Origin: a virus
Direction: 5' to 3' (one strand)
DNA length: 64,000 bases
IMG/VR virus record: IMGVR_UViG_3300025127_000009
Coordinates: 1-64,000 of that record
A program made the translations under genes and the position numbers. Under the pieces are notes generated by a model that saw nothing but the letters and a program-made list of their open reading frames with translations, was not told where the DNA came from and searched no databases. Below are positions 8,510 to 18,400 of this stretch, piece after piece; within the stretch, counting starts at the first letter, position 1; each line of letters starts with the position of its first letter.

Positions 8510-9069
8510 TACTTCTCCATCATTTCTCTAAGGATGGAGTACATGTATTGAAATCCGTAAGGGCGAACCTGATGATCAAAAGAGCCTTTCTTTTCATCAT
8601 GCGGGACCTCTCCCAATTCTGTACTTTCTTCTTCTGAGGGATCGAGGAAAAAGTCTTGCAATTGTGTTTTGTAAACTTTTCTGGACTTGATTTCTGGTGT
8701 TTCCTCAAGAATAAAATCATAAAGTTCAGATAAGGCCATCTGAAAACTGGAGACTCCGTTAATGCTTGATTCATTTAATGTTCCTTCTAGAGAAGAAAAA
8801 ACAGAACCAGATCGTATGCTTGTTCTGTCAACTATTCCAACTCTTGCCATTCTCGAAAGAAGCCTATCTTGCGTATTGTATACTTCTTCTGAGGTTTCTT
8901 TTTTAGGAAAAATTGTAATTTTAGATTTTTCTCTAGAGACTACAATGTCTACCAAATCATGATCATAGATAAGTAAGTCACCATTAACAGACTGCCTCCC
9001 CTCGAAGGAAACAGTTTTTAATACTTCCTTATCTTTTTCTCCTCTCACGATTGTAATCTTAACTGACAT
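8509..9069 (-). CDS. Hypothetical protein (186 aa)
   Basis: GAGGGA SD; tightly coupled to both neighbours. Confidence 0.75.
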   Translation of the reverse strand: MSVKITIVRGEKDKEVLKTVSFEGRQSVNGDLLIYDHDLVDIVVSREKSKITIFPKKETSEEVYNTQDRLLSRMARVGIVDRTSIRSGSVFSSLEGTLNESSINGVSSFQMALSELYDFILEETPEIKSRKVYKTQLQDFFLDPSEEESTELGEVPHDEKKGSFDHQVRPYGFQYMYSILREMMEK

Positions 9070-9874
9070 CTTGTAATTCCCTCACAACCTCTTGTATCTT
9101 CAACACCTCCGAAACCATACTAATATCTATTTCTGCATTCTTGTAAGAATCAAGTTTTACAATTAATTCATCATATTTTTCTTTCATTTGATCGCTCTCA
9201 AACACACTATTATCTTTTTGATCCCTGAGAGAGACCTTGAGATCACTGATTTGTTCGTTTAGGTGATGTTTAAGTTCTAAAGAATTATCTGCGAAAGAAG
9301 CAATATACACTGTTAATAGTTCTTTTTGCTCTTTTGGGAGATCTCCGTATTTCTCATTAAACTTGTTAACAAAGGTTTTGTAGGTTAGATTATCAACGTG
9401 TTTAATATTATCTCCCTGTTCCTTCGAAGTTAAACTTTCAATTAGTTTTTGTTCTAACAAAACTTTTTCTTTTATAGATGTTTTGTTATTAAAGATATTA
9501 TAAATTGTTGCTAAATTTTTGTAATTTGGTACAAAGTTTGTGAAAACATCTTGAGATAACTTATAGTTTATCTCTTTTATTAATTTATTTTGTTCATGAA
9601 ATATTTGTTTCTTGTTCAAAGAATCGTATCTTCGTTTTGCTTCCTCAAGAACAGCGGTTGCCTCATCTTGTTCCAAACCTTGAGATTCTAGGATTTCACG
9701 ATACAAAGACAACTCTTCATTCAAAACACTTGGTTTGCAAAAGTTCTCTTTTATAATATCTTTAATTGTGTCTTGCTTGCCAGGGCTTTTCTTAATAATG
9801 GCTTTAACATACTCTCTGGAAAGTGTCTCAAACAAAAACGCTGTATTTCTTTTCTTATTGTGCTTCAATCTCAT
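9059..9874 (-). CDS. Hypothetical helical protein downstream of portal (271 aa)
   Basis: AGGGAG SD; starts MRLKHNKKRNTAFLFE; 4-nt overlap with the portal stop. Confidence 0.75.
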   Translation of the reverse strand: MRLKHNKKRNTAFLFETLSREYVKAIIKKSPGKQDTIKDIIKENFCKPSVLNEELSLYREILESQGLEQDEATAVLEEAKRRYDSLNKKQIFHEQNKLIKEINYKLSQDVFTNFVPNYKNLATIYNIFNNKTSIKEKVLLEQKLIESLTSKEQGDNIKHVDNLTYKTFVNKFNEKYGDLPKEQKELLTVYIASFADNSLELKHHLNEQISDLKVSLRDQKDNSVFESDQMKEKYDELIVKLDSYKNAEIDISMVSEVLKIQEVVRELQDVS

Positions 9875-11829
9875 TTTTTGGACTCCCTACTGTTTAGTTC
9901 TTCAATAAGACTTGTCACCTCATTGTTTAAAGCAAAAATTCTGCTTTCTTCATTAAAGTAATTAGTATCCAAATCTCTAGAAAGTTGTTCCTTTGCGACA
10001 ACTCCACGCCCTAAAGCCTTAAAGTTTGTAAATGGTTTTCCTTTTGTTAAAGCCTTCAAGGGACCCTCGCCAGGAATGTTTCTAACGCTCTGAGTTCTTC
10101 CACCAGTTTCTCTTTTGTCTTTTGCACCGGTCATTGCTTTTGTTATATGAATTTTGCCTTTCGAAGGATCGTCCTCTCTTGATCCTGGCGCTGCAAGTAG
10201 AGCAGAATCTGCCCCGCCCGTCTCAGGCGTATCTGCTGCTGGTTCCGGCGGTGTGGCTGGTGTGTCACCAATATTAAGACCACCCATGTCTGTTGGGCCA
10301 GCATCTGCATCAGCACCAAGGGTTGCCATCTCATCGGCAGTGTTAACACCAGAGGTGACCTCCTCTTGTGCCTGTTCTGCCACTGCTTCAAGTTTTGAAT
10401 CAAATTGACGGTCATAATACATTTGTCTTTGATTTTTCAAGAACTCCTCTTCTGTCATGTTAAACAGATGAGTTGCAATCCACTGACGACTAAAATATCC
10501 TTCTGTTGCTGCTGAAGCGACATCAAATTTTGTTTTCCAGTGTTCTAGTTCTTGAATCTCCGCTATCTTTGATGGGTTACTTAACTTTAATTTAAAATTA
10601 ATTAAATCTTCACCTCGGAAGCCCATTGTAAAAAGGTGCACTATTCCAATTTTTTCTAGTTCTGTGATAATCGATCTTTGAAGTCTTTGAATAGTTCTAG
10701 CAAATCTAATATCTTTTTGTGCTAATGTTGTCTGATCTTCACCACCTGCGTCGTCGCCTCTAGAGAGATATGATTGAGGAATTTTAAGTGCTGAGAACAA
10801 TTTGTCTCTCATGTACTTGACATCATCTATGTCTCCCGTGTATGTTCCACCAGGCAATGATTCAACTCTAGAGTTTTGGCCAGCGCGAGTGGGTATAAAG
10901 TAATCTTCATCTACAGACATCGGATTGTATCTTAAGTCCACTCGTCCTGTGTTTGGATCAACCACTTGATTTCTTTTCATCTGGGTCATGACTCTCTGCA
11001 TGTATTGTTCTATGTCTTGTGGAGGAATGCTTCCTACGTCAATGTAGAACACTCTTCTTTCTGGAGAGCGAACAATGCGATATGCCATCATCGCATCTTC
11101 GATAAGAGTCAATTGTCTCCAAATTCTTCTGGCAGGCTCCAAAACAGATGTACCATATGGCGCATACTTGTCGTTACCAAGGATTCTAAAGTGACCAACT
11201 TGCCAGTTTTCAAAAGTTAAACCAGCAGAATTCCATTGAAACTGACAATAATTTGGATTTGTCTTATCTTCCCCTTCTAGTCTCTCTAACTCCGTGCCAG
11301 GTAGGCCAATTACGTTTTTTATTCCGATTGCCTCATCAATATCCAAGTACAAAAAGAAATCACCATACTTGCACATTGTCCTACACCACCCAAATAGATT
11401 AAACTCCAGATTCATTATATTAAAGTAAAGATTGTGAAGGATCGCTTTAATTTCATCGTTGTTGCAATCTACAACCATTAATGGCTGCAGGCCACTGTGA
11501 GTTGTCATTTCGTCTGCATAGATATCTAGAGCCGACGCTATTTCGGGGGTATATTCCATTTGATCAAAGTCAACGTACCTCTCTAATCTGTTTTGAGAGT
11601 CTTGCGCTGCGCCATACAATCCAGAAAATGGATTGTAATCTGTTCTTTTAAATTGTTTGCCACTAGCAGACTGAAAACGATTTGCATACTTATCTAATTG
11701 TCTTCTTCTTAAACGGCGGGCCGTTTGCGTTCTGTAGTTTACGATTGGACCAGACAACAATCTTGTTAGTTTTTTAAATAATGTATTTTGAGGATTCTTT
11801 GGATTTATCTTATTAATCTTAAATGGCAT
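9871..11829 (-). CDS. Portal protein, T4 gp20-like, with a low-complexity C-terminal extension
   Basis: Motifs EDAMMAYRIVRSPERRVFYIDVG, EDYFIP, LPGG, DIDDVKYMRDKLFSALKIP and DIRFARTIQRLQ. Confidence 0.96.
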   Translation of the reverse strand: MPFKINKINPKNPQNTLFKKLTRLLSGPIVNYRTQTARRLRRRQLDKYANRFQSASGKQFKRTDYNPFSGLYGAAQDSQNRLERYVDFDQMEYTPEIASALDIYADEMTTHSGLQPLMVVDCNNDEIKAILHNLYFNIMNLEFNLFGWCRTMCKYGDFFLYLDIDEAIGIKNVIGLPGTELERLEGEDKTNPNYCQFQWNSAGLTFENWQVGHFRILGNDKYAPYGTSVLEPARRIWRQLTLIEDAMMAYRIVRSPERRVFYIDVGSIPPQDIEQYMQRVMTQMKRNQVVDPNTGRVDLRYNPMSVDEDYFIPTRAGQNSRVESLPGGTYTGDIDDVKYMRDKLFSALKIPQSYLSRGDDAGGEDQTTLAQKDIRFARTIQRLQRSIITELEKIGIVHLFTMGFRGEDLINFKLKLSNPSKIAEIQELEHWKTKFDVASAATEGYFSRQWIATHLFNMTEEEFLKNQRQMYYDRQFDSKLEAVAEQAQEEVTSGVNTADEMATLGADADAGPTDMGGLNIGDTPATPPEPAADTPETGGADSALLAAPGSREDDPSKGKIHITKAMTGAKDKRETGGRTQSVRNIPGEGPLKALTKGKPFTNFKALGRGVVAKEQLSRDLDTNYFNEESRIFALNNEVTSLIEELNSRESKK

Positions 11830-11835
11830 TTTTTA

Positions 11836-13422
11836 TTATCCTTTAAACAACCAGGCATGTTGTTCTAGTATTTCTTTTTCTTTTCTAGTTTTTTCAAAAG
11901 TGTTTTTAGAATCATAACCTTGCATACCTTTGATTGCGGTGTTGATAGTGGTTTTTGCAGATATCATTGTATCAAGAAAAGCCCTATTATATTCAATATT
12001 TCTTTTATTTTCCACCAAAGCCGTTTCCCTAATCCAACACCCAATTGCACAAGCCATAATCAAATCATCATTGTAGGACCTCATTGCTTCGGGGCGTCCA
12101 TGATTCCAAATGAAAGTCTTCATTTCATTAAAAAGACGAGATGAATTTACTTTAATTAGTTTATTTCTAACAAATTCTTCCAACTTTGCTATAACTAGTG
12201 GTCTTGTCTTTTGACTGGTTGTAAAGCCGCTTACTGCATTTGTCGCTGTCTCTGCTAAAACTGGATCAATATATTCGTGTGTAGACTTTATTGAATAAAA
12301 TATGTTTGGATACTGCTTTTCTTTTAATTTATCTAAAACTGTAAATCCAACACTGTTATTCTCAACCACTACCATACAATTCCCATATTCTCTACCAGCA
12401 TTGTAAATCATATCAGAAAATATATCTGGTGTAATTTTTCCTTGATACTCTGCTACTATTTCCATCGAAACAGTGTCAAATATATGAAACACAGAATAAT
12501 CTTTACCGTCGCCGCGAGCAACATCTGCACTCAACAGATAAGCAACTGCGCTGTCATATTCTTTCCAAATCCAGTAATTTCTATCAAAACCTGTTTTATA
12601 CTTTGGCTCACAAATAGATTCTTCTATTCTTCCTATGTCTTCTGGGTGAAAGACAGTCTCGCCAGACATGTTGAAACTGCATTCTAACTCCTGTGCAATT
12701 TGTCTTCTGGACATGTTTTTAGTTTCTTTTTCAAACCATTCTCTGTCTCTCTCTGGATGCACATCCCAAGGAAGACGAACTGAGTTAAAATCATTGCCAC
12801 CCTGATCTGCTTCGACGTAAGTCTTATGAAACCAATTTCCTACGCCGTTAGGTGTAGATAGGGCGATACAACGTCCACCCGTAGATAGTGTTGGATAAAG
12901 ACCGGTCCACAATTCATCTAATCCTTCAACGTGTGCTGCCTCATCAATAACCAAAAGAGAAAGTGCTTCTGAACGACCTGCATCGCCAGAAGTAGAAGAA
13001 GCCTTTATCTGTGAGCCGTTTGTTAATTCAAAAGAAGTTCTGTTGTCAATTGCAACTTCTGCGATGCGGATCCAATCTGGACAATTTTTTAAAATGGATT
13101 TTACTTTTTTGACCAGATTCGCAGCAGTGTGAAACTTAGTTGCTAACACAAGAACATTCTTTTCTCTGTGAAATAAAAGAAGCCAGACAACATAGGCCGC
13201 AGTAATTGTTGACAACCCCAACTGTCTGGCTTTAAGCACTATATTAAAACGATGATCTTCAAAATCTTTTAAAATATCTTTTTGATAATCATAAGTTTTA
13301 AAGGGAACTAGTCCTTTGAGAGGATGTGTAATCTTGGCGTAATTGTTGATGAAATAAGATGGATCCTTACCAGACTTAAGGATTTCTTTCATCACCTCCT
13401 TTTTAGATAATACTGGTTTCAT
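11836..13422 (-). CDS. Terminase large subunit, T4 gp17-like
   Basis: Walker A KARQLGLST, Walker B LLVIDEAA, STPNG, nuclease ADVARGDGKDYS and DDLIMACAIG. Confidence 0.96.
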   Translation of the reverse strand: MKPVLSKKEVMKEILKSGKDPSYFINNYAKITHPLKGLVPFKTYDYQKDILKDFEDHRFNIVLKARQLGLSTITAAYVVWLLLFHREKNVLVLATKFHTAANLVKKVKSILKNCPDWIRIAEVAIDNRTSFELTNGSQIKASSTSGDAGRSEALSLLVIDEAAHVEGLDELWTGLYPTLSTGGRCIALSTPNGVGNWFHKTYVEADQGGNDFNSVRLPWDVHPERDREWFEKETKNMSRRQIAQELECSFNMSGETVFHPEDIGRIEESICEPKYKTGFDRNYWIWKEYDSAVAYLLSADVARGDGKDYSVFHIFDTVSMEIVAEYQGKITPDIFSDMIYNAGREYGNCMVVVENNSVGFTVLDKLKEKQYPNIFYSIKSTHEYIDPVLAETATNAVSGFTTSQKTRPLVIAKLEEFVRNKLIKVNSSRLFNEMKTFIWNHGRPEAMRSYNDDLIMACAIGCWIRETALVENKRNIEYNRAFLDTMISAKTTINTAIKGMQGYDSKNTFEKTRKEKEILEQHAWLFKG

Positions 13423-13988
13423 CTTTTCCTGTTGGAAAAATTATACGCCTTGAAAACCTCAAAATCATCTTTTGGTGCTTTATCATTCTGTGACTTTTTA
13501 GCATCACCACCCTGCTCTAAATACTTGGTGGTTTCTGGTCTGACCGCTTCATGTTCTTCGGGTGCATCTATACCCCCTATCTTAAAAACCTGATAAGCAG
13601 TTACTGATGTTCTAATTCTAGAAATTGGCTGCACTAGAACTTCTACTTCTCCTTCGGATGTTAAAGACAAAGAAGAACCAGTCAAGCCACGGTATTCCTT
13701 CTTAAGGAAAGCGGCAACATCTGAAATCATGGAGCCAACTTCGTTTTCTAAGCCTCCTCCATAAACCTCTTTTAATTTAATTTCAGAAGAATACGTAATA
13801 CACAGTTTATTCTGTCCGTGAAATTTAATTCCAAAACCGTCAATAACTCTGGAGTCAACAAGAGGATCCCCCTCCTCCCTTTTTAGACCAATCTCAATAG
13901 GCTCTCCATCTTCATTAAGAGCGCCGTCATAATTGATTCTTGCAATTGCATGTGATATGCCATTTAAAATTTCTAAAGTTGTTGCCAT
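13419..13988 (-). CDS. Hypothetical protein overlapping the terminase start (about 189 aa)
   Basis: ATG at 13988 directly follows the upstream stop (13990); the track start at 14081 overlaps the previous gene. Confidence 0.7.
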   Translation of the reverse strand: MATTLEILNGISHAIARINYDGALNEDGEPIEIGLKREEGDPLVDSRVIDGFGIKFHGQNKLCITYSSEIKLKEVYGGGLENEVGSMISDVAAFLKKEYRGLTGSSLSLTSEGEVEVLVQPISRIRTSVTAYQVFKIGGIDAPEEHEAVRPETTKYLEQGGDAKKSQNDKAPKDDFEVFKAYNFSNRKR

Positions 13989-13989
13989 T

Positions 13990-14382
13990 TTATTCCTTCT
14001 CCTGGGGAGGTCTCCAGCCAGATTCCCATCTTTCCTCTCTGTCTTCGACATATTGAATGTAGCAATTAAAACAACATTCAAACTTTGACATATACAAATC
14101 GTCTTTCGCAGAAAAGGAATATTGTGTACAAACTGGACATTCCCTTTTGTTTTCTCTACTAAGTAGTTTTTTACTTACTAAAAAACCTTTGTACTTTTCT
14201 TTGCTATTTTGTGTTTGTTTGAAAAATTTTCTTTTGTAAAATTGTTTTACATCTTCTTGGTGAGTTTCTTCCTTGTCAGGATTCCAATACTTTTTGGGAT
14301 TCTGTATTGCCTCTTCGCCATACTTTTCTTTTATCGCTTTTTCAAGTTTTACAATAAAGTTAGGATCACTGTTGTTACTCAT
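13990..14382 (-). CDS. Small Zn-finger protein (CPVC...CFNC)
   Basis: Two CxxC pairs in a 130-aa Lys-rich protein. Confidence 0.7.
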   Translation of the reverse strand: MSNNSDPNFIVKLEKAIKEKYGEEAIQNPKKYWNPDKEETHQEDVKQFYKRKFFKQTQNSKEKYKGFLVSKKLLSRENKRECPVCTQYSFSAKDDLYMSKFECCFNCYIQYVEDREERWESGWRPPQEKE

Positions 14383-14383
14383 T

Positions 14384-14845
14384 TTAATCTACCAGATACA
14401 CTATCCCTACAGTAGTTAGTATACCAGCAGCAACTCCGCCGCCAAAAAATAAATACCAGTATGAGTTAGGTCTTTTAAGGGCTGCAGATTCTAATTTTTT
14501 CAACTCCTCATCTTTTGTCAACATCATAGTTTCGTATTCTTTGCTAAGGGATTCAAGCCTTAATTCTATAGAACCTAATTCATACTGATGCTTTGATCTT
14601 AAAACAGCAATTTCAGAATTCAACCTTAGTGTACACATCTCCTCCTGCATTTTTTTATTAGCCAAAATAATTGCGGCGGCTTTTTCATCGAAACACCAGG
14701 AATCAAAGGGCGCAGTTTCACCTTCTTTAACTTTTGCATATCTCCCACTATTGTGGTCCGGACGATTTTGCGCAAAAGAAGAAGCCGCAAAACTAATCAA
14801 CGTAATTAAAACCAAACAAATCTTCAACTTTTCTTTTAACTTCAT
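14384..14845 (-). CDS. Envelope protein with N-terminal signal and C-terminal TM; spanin-like candidate
   Basis: K-rich n-region, hydrophobic h-region and SFA|Q site; coiled-coil middle; C-terminal YLFFGGGVAAGILTTVGIVYLV. Confidence 0.45.
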   Translation of the reverse strand: MKLKEKLKICLVLITLISFAASSFAQNRPDHNSGRYAKVKEGETAPFDSWCFDEKAAAIILANKKMQEEMCTLRLNSEIAVLRSKHQYELGSIELRLESLSKEYETMMLTKDEELKKLESAALKRPNSYWYLFFGGGVAAGILTTVGIVYLVD

Positions 14846-15179
14846 CAGGATTATCTTTAGACTCCTCTATTATTTCTTTTACTAACTTTTTTTCTTTTTC
14901 AGTTAGTTCTTTTTCTTTTTGAGAAAATTCCTTTTCTAACTTTTCTATTGTATCATGATATTTGATAACTAATTTGTCTTTTTCAGATAATTCTTTTTTG
15001 TGCGCTTGTTTCAAAAAAGCAATCTGTTTCTCGTAAGACTGCTTTTTGGCATCTAAAACTTCTAATGCCACTTCTGCATTCTTGCGAGAAAAAATCCAAA
15101 CAACAATAGTCCAAAGCACTACCGCTGGTACTTTCCAGTTTTGCTTGATCCAGAGCCAAGCCTTTGTTATGGTGAACAT
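14793..15179 (-). CDS. Inner-membrane anchored coiled-coil protein; i-spanin-like
   Basis: N-terminal TM (VPAVVLWTIVVWIF) then a long charged coiled coil; overlaps the next gene by 53 nt; follows the holin-like gene. Confidence 0.5.
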   Translation of the reverse strand: MFTITKAWLWIKQNWKVPAVVLWTIVVWIFSRKNAEVALEVLDAKKQSYEKQIAFLKQAHKKELSEKDKLVIKYHDTIEKLEKEFSQKEKELTEKEKKLVKEIIEESKDNPDEVKRKVEDLFGFNYVD

Positions 15180-15183
15180 GATA

Positions 15184-15393
15184 TTAGGTACCGGATGAGT
15201 TTGGGCCGTGCCTCCACTTCACGGCGAGATCAACAAGCGCTTGTGAGCCAATGTAGGCTAACGTAACTGCGACCCAATCTGATGAAGAAACTGAATCAAT
15301 ACTGACAAGAACTGTAGCCGTAATCCAAGCCAAAAATTTTCTTGAGATAAATCTTTCAGTGTATTTATCTGCCAAGGCTCTCATAGCCGTCAT
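15184..15393 (-). CDS. Putative holin (2 TM)
   Basis: 69 aa; SRKF followed by two hydrophobic helices; AGGAGG SD at 15402-15407. Confidence 0.55.
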   Translation of the reverse strand: MTAMRALADKYTERFISRKFLAWITATVLVSIDSVSSSDWVAVTLAYIGSQALVDLAVKWRHGPNSSGT

Positions 15394-15405
15394 GTCTAGA
15401 CCCTC

Positions 15406-18400
15406 CTAAATATTGACGTGTGCAAATCCTTTTTTTCTATCAATAACAATCTGCGTATCAACTGCGTCCTTAAGAGTATCTAGGTGCGAGATAAGCATAA
15501 CAGTCCTAAAATATGACTTAACCATATCAATAATCCTCACAAAACCCTCCATATTGTCCTCATCTAGCGCTGTGCCTGGTTCATCAAGTATAAATATGTC
15601 AGGTTTTGGCAAACTAGAAACAGTCAAAAGCGCTAATCGAATGGCCATCGAGGCGATTGTTTTTTCTGCTCCGGAGCCCATTTCTAGGGGTCTAGGTTCG
15701 TATTTTGCATGCTTTATAAAAATATCTAATTTCTTGTCTTCATTCTTTATAAAGATTTCAAAATCAACAACACCTGTTAAAATCTTAGCAATCTCTTCAT
15801 TAATAAGAGGAAGCCTATTTTTTATTATGTTATAGGATATTCCATTTGGGTGGTAACACCTCATCAATAAATCATATGCTGCAAATTCAACCCTAAGAAT
15901 CTCTAGATCTTCTTTGTTTTTATTTATGTTTTCAATATTCTGTTCTGCTGAGCCGATCTCTCTAAATAAATTATTGCTCTCTTCGTTGCAAGAATCACAC
16001 TCTTTTTTAGATGCGCGAATCTTAGACTTTATATTTTTTCTTTCTGCGATAAGATCTTCCAGGTTTTCAATTGCTTCTTTGTTTTCTTCATACTCTAACA
16101 ATTTAGCCTCAAGATTAGACAACAATGTCTTCTCCTTAAACAACTGAGCCTCGTTCTTGTCAATAGACAACTGGGCATTTGTTATACCTGAAGACAGGTT
16201 GTTTTTCTTATCTACTACTTGATTGTACTTATCTAAGTAAACCTCGACCTTTCCAGGCTCCAATTCTCTTAGTTCTTCTCCTAGTTTATTAATGTTGTTA
16301 GACGTCTCCTGTTGCTCTCTCTCTACGACCTGTATTAGTTCAATAGATTCATGAGCATCTTTTATAAACTTACAATTAGGAAACTTATCTCCACAAGGCA
16401 CCTCAGACAATAAGTCTGTTTTTCTATATAAACGTACCCTCTTTTCAGAATGCGACTTTAAATCTTGAATACATTTTGAAATTGAATCTCTCTTATCTTC
16501 AATAAGTTTAATCTTTTCTTCATAAGTCTCTACATCAAACTGGCCAAGAAAATCATTAATTTTAACAAACTTTTCCTTGTCTTGTTCCAGTTCTTCTTCA
16601 AGAGATTTGTTAGCAGTTTCTAGTTTGTCAATGTTTGCATTTCTAGTTTCTATCTCCATTTTTATCTTTATAGGATCAATAACTTCTGTCGGTGCTGAAT
16701 CAATCTTGTTTTGCACTTCATTTAGACTTTCATTAAAAGACTGCAGTTCAGACTCCAACTCTTTACACCTTCTCTGGTTTTGGATAAGTTTTTCATTACA
16801 TTCTTCTAGTGTAGATATGGCTTCTCTCTCAAGTTCTGCGTAATCAACTCCCTCAAGCCGACGCAGTGCGCCTCGTATATCTGTGGACTCTTCCTTTGCC
16901 ATCTTAAACTTTTTATCAAAAACTTCAAGATCTAAGAATTTTGCTAATATCTCTTTGCGCTTTGTGGAGCCCTCATTGATAAAAGTTAGCGAATCAAGTT
17001 GACTAGCCATCGATGTCATGAGAAAGTCTTCTAAATTGCCAAAATACTTTCTTATATTTTTGTCTGTATCTTGTCTGGACGTTCCATTCAATACCTCGAC
17101 ATTCCCTATCATATCTGACGAAGAAAACTCAACATCCGTTTTTGCTTCGAGCGTTTCCTGGCCTTTTAATTTTTTAATATATTTTTCTGATATTCTTTCG
17201 ACTTCAAGTGTTTTATCCCCAACCTTCATGACTGCTTTCGCTGAACCTACATCAAAATTTTGATTGATCATGTTCAAGTTCTTTCTTACAGATTTTGAAG
17301 TAGAATTATAAACAGCATACAACAAACTATCAATAATTGAAGATTTACCAGAAAAATTCTTTCCAAATATTCCTACAATTCCTTCAAGTTTCTCGAAGTC
17401 TATTTTGTTTTTTTCTCCATAATTAAACAAACCACTCCACTCTAAAGACTTAAGGCTCCAATTAATGTTACGATACACATCTTCTTTTTCTTCTATTAAT
17501 TTATTGTATCTTGAATTAAGTTCAAAAATTTTATTCATCACATCTTCTGAAACTTCGTAATCTTCCAAGTAGTCTTTTATTAAGTTTCTTTGAACACTGA
17601 TGCTTCTCAAATCTTCTTTCTTAACTATAGTTATGTCATCGCCTGTGCCAGCGCCAGCGGCTCGATTCAAGTATGTTATCGTATCCGGCTTAAATTTGTG
17701 CTTAGCAACATCTACACTTTTTCTCATCTTATCTAGAGAAATGTTGTTTTCAGCCACTAATCTTATTCTTGCACCCTCTGAGACTTCAACTTCTGGAAGT
17801 CCGCCATCTTTGTTCAGAACAATTGTTACAAACGGCTTAGGATTGTTAAAAGCAATGTGTTTGCAAGTAAACTTATCTTTACTTTCAATATCCCACAGCA
17901 AATAACCCTTGTCTAGCGACTCTCCAAAATTTTGCTGTACAGTTGATCCAGCATATCTAATTTTTCCGTGCTTATCTAATATTTGAGTTTTGTGAATGTC
18001 TCCCAAGAAAGCATAATCAAAATTGTCAAATATAGCAATATCGTGATCACCACCAAGAGTCCAATTTAAATCTGTCTTAGATCTGTCAATCGCTCCGTGA
18101 TACAAAGCAATATTGATTGCTTTTGAATCAGAAGGTTGCACCCAATTATCTTCATCAAAAACTGACAAAACATTTAGGCAAAATTTATCATCAATTTTTG
18201 TTTCGCCAGCGTCTTTTAGCAAATGCAAATGTTGCAAATCGAGAGCATCAACAATCGGAGTTAGCGCATCCTGTCTGCTGCTATTCTTTAGATTGCCATC
18301 GTGATTGCCCAAAATGATATAAGTGGGTGCAATAGTTGCCAAGTTCGTAAAAAACTCTGCAGCCATTTGTACAAACTCTGGAGATATTTGTGTCTTTGTA

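Noticed and set aside
13390-13400. Alternative terminase start at ATG 13392 behind AGGAGG
   Set aside because: SD-to-ATG spacing is only about 2 nt; ATG 13422, coupled to the upstream stop, is more plausible
1046-13422. Giant eukaryotic virus or archaeal virus origin
   Set aside because: T4-like head and baseplate genes, bacterial SD sites, Rho-independent terminators and bacteria-specific bS21 indicate a bacteriophage
15384-15393. Dual-start holin/antiholin motif (Met1-Thr-Ala-Met4)
   Set aside because: There is no charged residue between the two Met codons, and the AGGAGG SD is spaced only for Met1
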